Shown one piece after another: positions 9,162-18,390 of a DNA stretch of 60,656 nucleotides. The stretch comes from Nitrospirota bacterium (GTDB lineage Bacteria > Nitrospirota > UBA9217). Both the position numbers and the translations under genes were made by a program. The stretch covers positions 1 to 60,656 of the forward strand of contig JAWOJY010000033.1 of the NCBI GenBank assembly GCA_033854515.1, in the 5' to 3' direction. Numbering within the stretch: position 1 is the stretch's first letter; the number at the start of each line of letters is the position of its first letter. Under the pieces are notes generated by a model. It was not told the DNA's origin. It saw only the letters and a list, made by a program, of their open reading frames with translations, and did no database searches.

Positions 9162-9198
9162 CTTGGCTGTATGTTCATGGTATTTTTGTGTTCAATAT

Positions 9199-9801
9199 AT
9201 GAACAACAACCGCCCATCGGACAGCGACCACCGGTCCCTTCAAATTCTCGATGAACTGTCCAATAACGACTCCCTTACCCAGCGGGACTTGAGCAGCCGC
9301 CTCGGCATTGCCCTCGGACTCGTCAACTCGTATATCAAGAATCTCATAAAAAAAGGGTATATCACGGTCAAAGCAATCCCGCCGAAACGATACGCCTACT
9401 ATTTGACTCCCAAAGGCCTCGCCGAAAAAACCCGGCTCTCCTATGATTTACTTCACGATTACACGAGGATATATCGGGAAGCGAGAAACGGCCTCAAGAA
9501 GCTGTTCCGGGGACTGGAAACAGCAGGTGCAAAAAAGATACTCTTTGCAGGCTCGGACGAGGTTGCTGAAATCGCCTATCTTACGCTTCAGGAATCCGAT
9601 TTGGAGCTTGTGGGAGTGGTGGACGATGAGAAAACGGGAGATACGTTCTTTGCCAGCATCATCCAGCCTTTTTCGGCCATTGAGCATATGAAGTATGATT
9701 GCATCGTAGTGACCACATATCTGCAAAGAGACTCCATTTTCAAGGAACTGATCGCTCACGGCGCATCGAAGAAAAAGATACAGAATATCTTCAGCGCATG
9801 A
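9199..9801 (+). CDS. Winged-helix (MarR/EPS-associated type) regulator fused to a Rossmann-like C-terminal domain
   Basis: ORF track 9163 (TTG); the first ATG is at 9199. The wHTH is LTQRDLSSRLGIALGLVNSYIKNLIKKGYITVK..YYLTPKGL. The C-terminal domain is KKILFAGSDEVAEIAYL..LELVGVVDD. Confidence 0.6.
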   Translation: MNNNRPSDSDHRSLQILDELSNNDSLTQRDLSSRLGIALGLVNSYIKNLIKKGYITVKAIPPKRYAYYLTPKGLAEKTRLSYDLLHDYTRIYREARNGLKKLFRGLETAGAKKILFAGSDEVAEIAYLTLQESDLELVGVVDDEKTGDTFFASIIQPFSAIEHMKYDCIVVTTYLQRDSIFKELIAHGASKKKIQNIFSA

Positions 9802-9811
9802 TAGGGAAAGT

Positions 9812-10666
9812 ATGGAGTTTAATCTGATAAAGAGTTCTTTCGCCATCCTTAAATTGCTGGCAAAACCGAACCTCTGGAAGTACGATTCAAGAGGTTATTG
9901 TCCTTCCTGCAACCATAAGAGCATATTTCTTTTTTCAGTCGTGCTGAAGGACCACCTCTTGCATATCGTCTCCGGCTGGAAATCAACTGATAGATACAAG
10001 GCTCGTCTCCTGGAAAGAGAAAACTGTTTGTGCTCCTTTTGCAATGCCAATTACCGCATGAGAGCGCAGGCTGCAAGCGTATTAAAACTCCTCGGCATGG
10101 CATCATCTGCTGAATTGATCACTGTGTTAAAGAATGATTCGCATTTTCATGTTTATGAAACCGCTGCATACAACATTTTCAGAGCTAACGCATTTAAAAA
10201 ATTACTCAACTATGAAGTTTCTGAGTACTTTGAAGACGCCGCGTTCGGCTCTTATGTCAACGGCATCCGGAATGAAAATCTTGAGCGCCTCACATTCCCC
10301 GACAATACGTTCGACATTGTGATCAACAGTGATGTCCTTGAGCATGTCTGCGATCTTGGTAGGGCGCTGTCTGAAATAAGACGAGTCTTGAAACCGGGAG
10401 GCTTTCACGTATTCACGGTACCCGTAGATCACGAATTGCCACAATCAGTAGAACGAGCAAAAATTGTTGATGGCAGGCTTAACCATCTCATGGAACCTAT
10501 AATGCATGGGGATCCGATGCGGAGAGAAGGCATCCTGGCGTTCCGGGACTTTGGGAATGATGTCTTGGACTACACGAGCATCGATGGTTTTGAATGCAAA
10601 GAGCTCAAATATTTTAAAGAAGATAAATTTATTACTTCTGTGTATTATGCACAAAAACTATGTTGA
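9812..10666 (+). CDS. Class I SAM-dependent methyltransferase with an N-terminal Cys4 element
   Basis: DIVINSDVLEHVCDLGRALSEIRRVLKPGGFHVF is a Methyltransf_11-like motif. The N-terminus carries CPSCNHKS...CSFCNANY. Confidence 0.7.
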   Translation: MEFNLIKSSFAILKLLAKPNLWKYDSRGYCPSCNHKSIFLFSVVLKDHLLHIVSGWKSTDRYKARLLERENCLCSFCNANYRMRAQAASVLKLLGMASSAELITVLKNDSHFHVYETAAYNIFRANAFKKLLNYEVSEYFEDAAFGSYVNGIRNENLERLTFPDNTFDIVINSDVLEHVCDLGRALSEIRRVLKPGGFHVFTVPVDHELPQSVERAKIVDGRLNHLMEPIMHGDPMRREGILAFRDFGNDVLDYTSIDGFECKELKYFKEDKFITSVYYAQKLC

Positions 10667-12084
10667 TTAGCAAACAACTCACATTCCGTGCAGTGGCAGA
10701 GATAACCGGTCTTTTACTTGGCGCTGTCAGCATGATTTATGTCAGCAGAATCGTCGGCCCCGAGTATCTCGGCTTCAGCGCCGCAACGAGTTCCGTCTTG
10801 CTGCTTGTTTCACGATTGGCTGACGGAGGGCTCACATCTCTGTCGTCACAACGCCTCGCACGGGATGATGAAAAATTAGATGCTCTATTGGCCATTACCA
10901 TGCCCCCAAAGCTGCTGGTTTCGGCAGTCTTGATTATTGGCACCCTGCTGATGACGAATCTGCTTCATATTGATGCGCGTCTTAAATATTTTATCACGAT
11001 ATCTGTTTTTATGATCTTATTTGAGGCGTGCACTCCTGCATGGGCGTTTGTTGCGCTGGGGAGAATAAATGTTGCTTCGGCAATAAGAATAGGGCAAAGC
11101 TTATTATATGCAGCATCTATATTTACCTTTATACATAAAACAGATGATTGGAGATATCTGCCTTACTTGACGTTGCTTAATTCATTTCTCAATTTCGGCA
11201 TGGCCACATATTTTTTACTGCACTACAATCTTTATTCTTTTGATACAAGTCTTTTTAAGAGCAACTATGTAAGCAGGCTGAGATCTTTTTATTATGAGGC
11301 CTTGCATTTTTTGAAGGCCGATTTGTCCGTTTACGTTTATACATCATCTGACAGGCTTATCCTTTATTATTTTACTAATTCTTACACCGTAGGTATATAT
11401 GAAGCAGCCTACAAAATCATCCAGCCCTTTTATGCAATCAGCACCGTCATAACGCCGACAATGTTCAGGGACCTCGCTCAATCGTTTAAGCAGGGGAAGC
11501 TCTACTCCGTCATGGCTAAATATGTGTTCACCATGTCGATATTTACCATCCCGCTTGGTTTTTTTCTGTTGTTTTTCTCAAAATTTGCTATTGTCCAATT
11601 TTACGGACAACAGTTTATCAGCAGCGTCCCCTGTCTCATGATTCTTGGCTTTGTCATTACCTTTGGCTTTACCAGCGGGATTGTCGTCATTCCCTTCTCG
11701 GCATGGAATATGCCTCGGGAGTACGGCAATTCAATCTTCTGGGGCAACGTCTTCAATATTTTTTTAAATTTGACACTGATCCCTTTTATAGGCGCTCTTG
11801 GAGCAGCGTTATCTGTTTTGGGGGCCAAGCTGATCGTAACCGTGGTTGGCTACGTTTATTTTAAGAAAGCGACCGACTATCCCATACTCAAGGACTTTTC
11901 GTATTTCTTTGCGGCTTCCGTAACACCTTTATTGTTGATCTACGCTTTGTCAATGGCTGTTACTAATAATTATATGCTCATTGCTGTTTATAGTACCGTT
12001 TATACGATAATAGTAACATTCATGTACAAGACTTATTTTAAAGCAAAAGCAAGCATCTTGTTAGCCGGAACAAATTTGGAGTAA
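10660..12084 (+). CDS. wzx: Polysaccharide/oligosaccharide flippase (Wzx, MOP superfamily)
   Basis: 474 aa and very hydrophobic, with about 12-14 predicted TM segments. AT-rich codons. ATGTTGA start/stop overlap with the upstream methyltransferase. It sits inside a glycosyltransferase cluster. Confidence 0.7.
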   Translation: MLISKQLTFRAVAEITGLLLGAVSMIYVSRIVGPEYLGFSAATSSVLLLVSRLADGGLTSLSSQRLARDDEKLDALLAITMPPKLLVSAVLIIGTLLMTNLLHIDARLKYFITISVFMILFEACTPAWAFVALGRINVASAIRIGQSLLYAASIFTFIHKTDDWRYLPYLTLLNSFLNFGMATYFLLHYNLYSFDTSLFKSNYVSRLRSFYYEALHFLKADLSVYVYTSSDRLILYYFTNSYTVGIYEAAYKIIQPFYAISTVITPTMFRDLAQSFKQGKLYSVMAKYVFTMSIFTIPLGFFLLFFSKFAIVQFYGQQFISSVPCLMILGFVITFGFTSGIVVIPFSAWNMPREYGNSIFWGNVFNIFLNLTLIPFIGALGAALSVLGAKLIVTVVGYVYFKKATDYPILKDFSYFFAASVTPLLLIYALSMAVTNNYMLIAVYSTVYTIIVTFMYKTYFKAKASILLAGTNLE

Positions 12085-12308
12085 TATAAATGAATTCAAT
12101 GAAACCGCCGAAAATCGGCGTCTGTATCACCAAGCCGTTGAATCCGTCAACAGGGCCCATTTCGTCTGGCGATAACAATATCTCGCGATTGAACGAAATG
12201 TCATAAAGTCAAAAAATTAAACTTATGGGCTTATGGTACTCTACGCCTTATTGTTCTACGTAAAATAAAGGGCAAATTCCGTCGAAAGAATTAATTCTTT
12301 CTTGAAGA

Positions 12309-13241
12309 ATGATGAACAACTATCCCAAAGTCAGCATTTGCATCCCAACCTACAATTACGCTTTTTATATAGCCAGCGCCATTGAATCGGTTATTGCACA
12401 AACCTATGCGAATTTCGAATTGATCATTATCGACGATTGTTCATCGGACAATACGGGCGAAATCGTGATGCGCTATGCAGACCTGGATAAAAGGATCAAA
12501 TTTTACAAGAATGACCGCAACCTCGGCATGGTTGAGAACTGGAACCGCTGTCTGGAACGCGCGACTGGCGATTTTCTCAAAGTGATGGGCGCCGACGATC
12601 TGCTGGAGCCGTCGTGCATCGAAAAATCTGTGAACGTGCTCATAGAAAGCCCTCATGTGTCGCTCGTGTCCTGCGCGAGGCTTTTGATTGATAAAGACGG
12701 GCATCCGATCAGGGCATCCGCGTATTCGCATAAATTCCAGATCGTCTCCGGCATCAAAGTCATCAGAAAATGTTTTTTTACCGCCAATCTCATCGGAGAA
12801 CCGACAGCGGTCATGTTCAGGAAAAAGGATGCAGCGAGAGGATTCGATCCGCACTACCGGCAGCTCACGGACCTCGAAATGTGGTTTCACCTGCTGGAGC
12901 AGGGAGACTTTGCCTACATACCCGAAATATTATGCAAGTTTAGAGTGCATCTAAACCAAACCACGAAAACCAACATCAAGTCACTAAAGTTTATAGACGA
13001 TGAAATTTTGCTCTTTAACGATCACATCGAAAAAAGGTATTTAGGAAATTCGCACATAAACAGACAAAGGTGGAAATTCAAACTCTGCTATACCATCTGG
13101 TCCCATAAATTTATCGGTTTGGACATAAATACTATCAGGTCCAGGATCAGAGGATACATGCCTCTCTTTTTATTTTATCCGTTGGCGTACAGCAGACTCC
13201 TGAAAGACAAAGTCATGGAAGTGGCGAGAAGTATTCTTTAA
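12309..13241 (+). CDS. Glycosyltransferase family 2
   Basis: KVSICIPTYNYAFYIASAIESVIAQTYANFELIIIDDCSSDNT, followed by a GADD (DxD-like) motif. Confidence 0.85.
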   Translation: MMNNYPKVSICIPTYNYAFYIASAIESVIAQTYANFELIIIDDCSSDNTGEIVMRYADLDKRIKFYKNDRNLGMVENWNRCLERATGDFLKVMGADDLLEPSCIEKSVNVLIESPHVSLVSCARLLIDKDGHPIRASAYSHKFQIVSGIKVIRKCFFTANLIGEPTAVMFRKKDAARGFDPHYRQLTDLEMWFHLLEQGDFAYIPEILCKFRVHLNQTTKTNIKSLKFIDDEILLFNDHIEKRYLGNSHINRQRWKFKLCYTIWSHKFIGLDINTIRSRIRGYMPLFLFYPLAYSRLLKDKVMEVARSIL

Positions 13242-13278
13242 AATCGAGTCTTACAATGTCGGGCAAAATATTCCAGTT

Positions 13279-14007
13279 ATGACGAAGCGTTTCATCAGCA
13301 GCATAGGCAATTTTCTCAAGATCGTGATAAGCACATCGGCGCGGAATCGACAGCGATTGGCCCGGACCTATTTATCCGGTCATGGGCTGGAAATCGGCGC
13401 TCTCCATAACCCGCTTAAAGTGTCTCCTCAGGCTCACGTTACGTATGTTGACCGAATGACGGAGGGAGAGCTGAGGCGGCATTACCCGGAAGTGTCCGTC
13501 AAACCACTCGTTCCCGTTCAGATCGTCGACGACGGAGAAACGCTCGCATCCTTCAAAGAAGAGAGCGTGGACTTCGTCATCGCAAATCACATGATCGAAC
13601 ACACCGAGAACCCCCTCCTGGCGTTGCGGAATTGGACCCGGGTCCTGAAGAAAAAAGGGATACTCTATCTGGCGGTGCCGAATAAAAAGAAAACGTTCGA
13701 CGTCGATAGGCCGGTCACGCCGATCGATCACCTCATCCGCGACTACAAGGAAGGCCCCACGGTTTCCCGGCTGCAGCATTTCGAAGAATGGGTGGTTTCG
13801 GTTAATAAAACTGCACCCGGGATGGTCAAGACTGAAGTGGCGAGACTCGCCGCGATGAACTATAGTATTCACTATCACGTATGGGACCCTCCGGCTTTCC
13901 TGGATCTGTTGCGCTATTGCCGTCTGGTACTGGCTTATCCCTTGCACATTGAACGTTCTGCAATCACCGGGAATGAAATCATTGTCATACTGAGAAAGAC
14001 CGGCTGA
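13279..14007 (+). CDS. SAM-dependent methyltransferase
   Basis: GLEIGALHNP and VDFVIANHMIEHTENPLLALRNWTRVLKKKGILYLAVP. Confidence 0.7.
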   Translation: MTKRFISSIGNFLKIVISTSARNRQRLARTYLSGHGLEIGALHNPLKVSPQAHVTYVDRMTEGELRRHYPEVSVKPLVPVQIVDDGETLASFKEESVDFVIANHMIEHTENPLLALRNWTRVLKKKGILYLAVPNKKKTFDVDRPVTPIDHLIRDYKEGPTVSRLQHFEEWVVSVNKTAPGMVKTEVARLAAMNYSIHYHVWDPPAFLDLLRYCRLVLAYPLHIERSAITGNEIIVILRKTG

Positions 14008-14029
14008 CAGACGCGCGTGGAGTTCATTC

Positions 14030-14896
14030 TTGATTGACAAAAAAAAAATAGCCGCCGTCACTGTTCTGTACAATCCTGACAAGGAAATGCTACGGAATAT
14101 ACACCGCTACAAAAGTGATGTTGCGGTTGTATACGCTGTGGACAATTCGGAAGTCTACTCGCCTGAGTTGGAGAGAAAACTGCGCGGTTGGGAGAATGTG
14201 ACATACATCCACAATGGCGCCAATCTGGGTATTGCCAGGGCTCTGAACATTGCTGCGCAACGAGCGATTCACGAGAAATATGATTTTTTATTGACCATGG
14301 ATCAGGACAGCAAAGTCCAACCGGGCATGATACCCGCCATGCTCGAGTGCATAGGCGAGACAGGAGCTGATAAAATCGGAATCATCACTCCCGTGCACCT
14401 ATACGCTTACTCTCATAGAGGGGATTCCGATACGTCGTGCGAGGAAGTTTTGACCGCTATGACGTCCGGCAATTTACTGAACCTCAGCGCGTATCGTGCA
14501 GCGGGTCCGTTTTGCGATGATCTCTTTATCGACCATGTCGACGATGAGTACTGTATGCGCTTGCGTCTGCACGGTTTCAAAATTATCCGGGCCAATAATG
14601 CAAGCCTTAAACATGGGCCCGGTCAAATCAGCGAGCACCGCTTGTTTTTCAAGAAATTCGCCATAAGCAATCATCCCCCTCTGAGAAGGTACTATGAAAC
14701 AAGAAACAAATTCTACCTCATGAAATATTATAAACAGGAGTTCCCCGATTTTTTTCGGCATTTCTATGCAAGAATTTTACGAGAGATCCTGATCTTAATT
14801 CTTTACGAACGGGATAAATTGAAAAAACTCTTCATGATGGCGAAAGGATATTACGATTATAGAAGAGGCAATCTCGGCAAATATTCAGAACAATAG
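14030..14896 (+). CDS. Glycosyltransferase family 2 (rhamnosyltransferase-like)
   Basis: TTG start per the ORF track. Motifs are AAVTVLYNPD, VDNSE, LLTMDQDS and DHVDDEY. Confidence 0.75.
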   Translation: MIDKKKIAAVTVLYNPDKEMLRNIHRYKSDVAVVYAVDNSEVYSPELERKLRGWENVTYIHNGANLGIARALNIAAQRAIHEKYDFLLTMDQDSKVQPGMIPAMLECIGETGADKIGIITPVHLYAYSHRGDSDTSCEEVLTAMTSGNLLNLSAYRAAGPFCDDLFIDHVDDEYCMRLRLHGFKIIRANNASLKHGPGQISEHRLFFKKFAISNHPPLRRYYETRNKFYLMKYYKQEFPDFFRHFYARILREILILILYERDKLKKLFMMAKGYYDYRRGNLGKYSEQ

Positions 14897-14923
14897 GTTG
14901 CCCCACGAACCGGCCTGAGCATT

Positions 14924-15925
14924 ATGAATCTCGCTTCCATCATTATTGTCAATTATAACGGGAAACACTTCCTTAAAGATTGTCTCGAATCTATAAAGGC
15001 ATCGGAAGCCTCCAACGAGGAAATAATCATCGTTGACAATGCTTCCACTGACGGGAGTCGCGACTTCCTGAGGAGAGAATTTCCCTCCGTAAAATTGGTA
15101 GAACTCGACAGGAATTACGGTTTTGCCGAGGCAAATAACCGGGGGGCCAATGCAGCCTCGGGAAGGCTCCTTGTTTTCCTGAACAACGACACCGTTGTGA
15201 CTTCCGGATGGTTTAAGAGTCTGGTGGAAACGCTTTCCTCCGATCCCGCTACGGGAGCCGTGGGCAGCAAGTTGCTCCTCTATGATCAACGAGGGAAGGT
15301 GAACTCGGCGGGTGCGAGCATTGTGTTCACAGGCGGGGGATATGACGTAGGTTTCATGGATATCGACTCGGGGAAATACAATATCCCCGGCCCCAGAGGC
15401 GCGGTGTGCGCCGCCTCCATGATGGTAAGAAAAGATGAATTTTTGGCGCTCGGCGGCTTCGACCCCCTCTACTTTATGTACTTTGAAGACATTGACCTCT
15501 GCTGGCGGTACTGGCTCTTCGGGTATAAAGTGATGTATGAGCCGAATTCAGTCGTTTACCACAAGTTCGGCGGCACGTCAGGAAAAAGCAGGCATACTCC
15601 CCTGCGGGTTTTTTACGGTACGCGTAACAGCATTTTCAATATTCTCAAAAATGACGAATTACATAATGTTTGCGCGCCTTTCTTCTTCAATGTTCTGCAT
15701 CACACAGGAAAATTTGCGTTTTTCATGGCCACCTTGCGGCTCAAAAGCGCACTGGCTATCGTAAGGGCCTATGCATCTCTTGCTCGTCATTTGCCGCAGG
15801 TGCTCAGGAAAAGGAAAGATATCCAGGAAAAAAGGAAGGTTGCAGACCGCTATCTGTTCAAAAACTCCCTGATCGTTTCTTTTACGTCCGCGGTACGGGA
15901 GTTTGTACGTCTCAAAAAAGCCTGA
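14924..15925 (+). CDS. Glycosyltransferase family 2
   Basis: ASIIIVNYNGKHFLKDCLESI, IIIVDNASTDGS, NYGFAEANNRG and FEDIDLCWR. Confidence 0.85.
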   Translation: MNLASIIIVNYNGKHFLKDCLESIKASEASNEEIIIVDNASTDGSRDFLRREFPSVKLVELDRNYGFAEANNRGANAASGRLLVFLNNDTVVTSGWFKSLVETLSSDPATGAVGSKLLLYDQRGKVNSAGASIVFTGGGYDVGFMDIDSGKYNIPGPRGAVCAASMMVRKDEFLALGGFDPLYFMYFEDIDLCWRYWLFGYKVMYEPNSVVYHKFGGTSGKSRHTPLRVFYGTRNSIFNILKNDELHNVCAPFFFNVLHHTGKFAFFMATLRLKSALAIVRAYASLARHLPQVLRKRKDIQEKRKVADRYLFKNSLIVSFTSAVREFVRLKKA

Positions 15926-15944
15926 TTCCCCGTCTCATGGATCA

Positions 15945-17219
15945 TCAGTTCGTACGTATGGTGGGTTTACCGCGGCCTGATGAAGCCGTTTTGCTTTGAG
16001 CACGCCTCTCAACCTTTTTCACGACTCCTTTCTCACTTACGGCGCCTTTCTCCGTCAGCCAGTCGAAAAAACCCTCATAGGCCGCAATGAAGGCAAGAAA
16101 AAATCCGATCGACGGCAAATAGAGCCGGTGCTCAAAGATAACATCGAGAATAGGAACAAAGCTCTGAACAGGGGACAGGGTGATGTAAAACCACGCCACG
16201 CCAAACGGGATGAGAAGCCAGTTTTTCTTTTTATACAGCCAGAATGCCGTTCCAACCACGGCGATATGGCCGATAAGCGAGAGCAGCGTCGGAAACTCGA
16301 AGAGCGTCCGGGCGACGGGATAGTCATAGTCGATATTCTGGTTGATCGGCAGAAACAAGAGTCTGATATAGGTCCAGAGGACGTTGAAAGATGTAAGGAG
16401 ATAGGTCCAGGCGGTCAGGCCTCTCTTTGTCTCCATATTAAATCCAACGCTTGCATTGGGGGCGGTTATTACCGCACTCAACGTGTTTGCAACCACGGCC
16501 CACGGGACAGCAATGAGAATATAGACTTTCCACCGTGACAGCGCTGTCTTCATCTTGCCGGCGGAAAGGAAAAGAAAATCATACAGGAAGAGCGTGGCCG
16601 GCAGCGTCACCGCCCACTCCTTCGACGCCATGGAACACAGCGAAGTGAAGAACGCGGCGATGTAATATGCGAATTTTTTCTTTCGGACGCCCTGAATGAA
16701 CAATAGGAACGTCGCAAGATAGAAAAACGTCGCAAGAAGTTCCGTCCGGCTGATAATGTAGGTGACGGCTTCCGTCTGGATGGGGTGCACGGCGAACAGG
16801 AGCGCGCCGAAGAGGGCCATGCGTTTTGCTTTTTCAGCATATTTCCGCGCGAAGACCGGCATGTCCAGCGTCCAGAGTATCAGCATATATACAAAGCTTG
16901 CGTTCGCGATATGCACTGCTATATTGAAGACATGCCATCCGATGACGTTTAAGCCGCTTAGTTGGTAGTTGAGCATGAGCGACAGGTTTACGACCGGCCT
17001 GTTGGTCCTAAGGGCCCACATGATGTTATCGACCGTCACACGTTTGATGAGCGGGTTGTCGGTGATCGCCGGGTTGTCGTCGAAATGGAAGCTCGCCTTA
17101 AAGGTATTGGAATAGGTAATAAGGATCATGAGAGCAATCAGGCCGAATGCCAGCAAATTGAACCACTTGTTCTTATGTACTGCGCTCAGCCCCTCATTTC
17201 CCTTTGCTACCGAAGCCAT
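15945..17219 (-). CDS. Polytopic GT-C-type membrane glycosyltransferase (PMT/TMTC-like core, no TPR tail)
   Basis: 424 aa with about 10 TM segments. The first-loop motif FHFDDNPAITDNPLI resembles the acidic DD/DE loop of GT-C enzymes that use polyprenyl-phosphate sugars. Confidence 0.5.
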   Translation of the reverse strand: MASVAKGNEGLSAVHKNKWFNLLAFGLIALMILITYSNTFKASFHFDDNPAITDNPLIKRVTVDNIMWALRTNRPVVNLSLMLNYQLSGLNVIGWHVFNIAVHIANASFVYMLILWTLDMPVFARKYAEKAKRMALFGALLFAVHPIQTEAVTYIISRTELLATFFYLATFLLFIQGVRKKKFAYYIAAFFTSLCSMASKEWAVTLPATLFLYDFLFLSAGKMKTALSRWKVYILIAVPWAVVANTLSAVITAPNASVGFNMETKRGLTAWTYLLTSFNVLWTYIRLLFLPINQNIDYDYPVARTLFEFPTLLSLIGHIAVVGTAFWLYKKKNWLLIPFGVAWFYITLSPVQSFVPILDVIFEHRLYLPSIGFFLAFIAAYEGFFDWLTEKGAVSEKGVVKKVERRAQSKTASSGRGKPTIRTN

Positions 17220-17323
17220 GCTTCCTCCTCAGGTGAGAAATATTGACGATATATACCATGTACCGCTCGGAAAGTAAAGGCCTTTTTCACCGCCTTATCC
17301 AGCTTCCCCAACGTCCTCCAAGG

Positions 17324-17692
17324 TCAACGGCCTTCACGATTCCTTCGATACTCACTCAACTCCTCACGCAGCAGCGCCAGTTCCTGGGCAAGTTTTTTAT
17401 TCTTGTCTGAGAGGCCTGAAATTACGACAGAAAAATGGAGTGTGATCAACAAGAGGAATAAAAAAGCGAGGAGGAAGAGGACCGAGGGCGGATAGTAAAT
17501 GCCGACGATACGGGAAATATATTCGAGAACGGACCTCGACAGCGAAAGCATCAAAAGGACCGCCCCGGCAAGGAGCCATAGAAGCGAATAACGCTCCTTC
17601 AGTCTCCCCCTTCGAACAAGCTCTATCACCAGAATGAGGAGCAGCGCATTTCCCGTGATTGCCAGTGTTTTTAAGATGTCCATATAATTCAC
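17324..17692 (-). CDS. DUF2304 small membrane protein
   Basis: 122 aa with 3-4 TM segments and a charged coiled C-terminus. It overlaps the upstream GT2 stop by 4 nt, which is the usual GT2-DUF2304 pairing. Confidence 0.6.
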   Translation of the reverse strand: MNYMDILKTLAITGNALLLILVIELVRRGRLKERYSLLWLLAGAVLLMLSLSRSVLEYISRIVGIYYPPSVLFLLAFLFLLLITLHFSVVISGLSDKNKKLAQELALLREELSEYRRNREGR

Positions 17693-18390
17693 CTCACCTT
17701 TTTCAGCATATCAACAAATACGGCCAAGAGCACTTTTACCATATAGTACACCGAACGGAAAGCGGTTATTGACGAGCTGCCTCCGGTGCGCTCTCGCATG
17801 CACACGGGCTTTTCCGCGATTTTCAGCCCGGCATGGTGCAGGAGGACCAGGCTCTCCACTTCCGGGTAATCGTCCGGGTACAAACGAGAAAAAAATTCTA
17901 TCGTCTTGCGGTTCGTCATTCGGAAGCCGGACGTCGTGTCCGTCATCGGCATTCCGAGAATTCTCGAGAGCACCATGGAAAACACCCATATCCCCGCTCG
18001 TCTCAGGACCGGGGCCTTGTACGACCCGCGATTCAGGAAACGGGAGCCGACCACGATATCGGCCTCCCCTTTTTCGATCGGCCCCATCAAAGTTGCTATT
18101 TCACTGGCAAGATGTTGGCCGTCTCCATCGAATTGAACCGCAGCATCATAACCGTACCGGAGCGCATAGACGTAGCCTGCCTGCACCGCGCCACCGATGC
18201 CCAGGTTGAAGGGGATACGCAGTACGCGCACACCGAGACTGCCGGCGACTGATGCGGTCCCGTCATGAGACCCGTCATCGACCACGAGAACGTCGGCGTG
18301 GGAGACGTGCTCCCTCAGATCTTCAATGACACGACCTATGCTCGCCTCTTCGTTATATGCCGGCACTATCACGAGGAGTTTCATCGTCAT
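17689..18390 (-). CDS. Glycosyltransferase family 2 (polyprenyl-phosphate sugar synthase-like)
   Basis: LLVIVPAYNEEASIGRVIEDL, VLVVDDGSHDGT, QFDGDGQH and TSGFRM. Confidence 0.8.
   Translation of the reverse strand: MTMKLLVIVPAYNEEASIGRVIEDLREHVSHADVLVVDDGSHDGTASVAGSLGVRVLRIPFNLGIGGAVQAGYVYALRYGYDAAVQFDGDGQHLASEIATLMGPIEKGEADIVVGSRFLNRGSYKAPVLRRAGIWVFSMVLSRILGMPMTDTTSGFRMTNRKTIEFFSRLYPDDYPEVESLVLLHHAGLKIAEKPVCMRERTGGSSSITAFRSVYYMVKVLLAVFVDMLKKVR

Noticed and set aside
12088-12204. 38-codon ORF (MNSMKPPKIGVCITKPLNPST...) in the wzx-GT2 spacer, possibly a gene remnant
   Set aside because: It is too short, has no Shine-Dalgarno and has no recognisable similarity. Pseudogene status cannot be supported from sequence alone.
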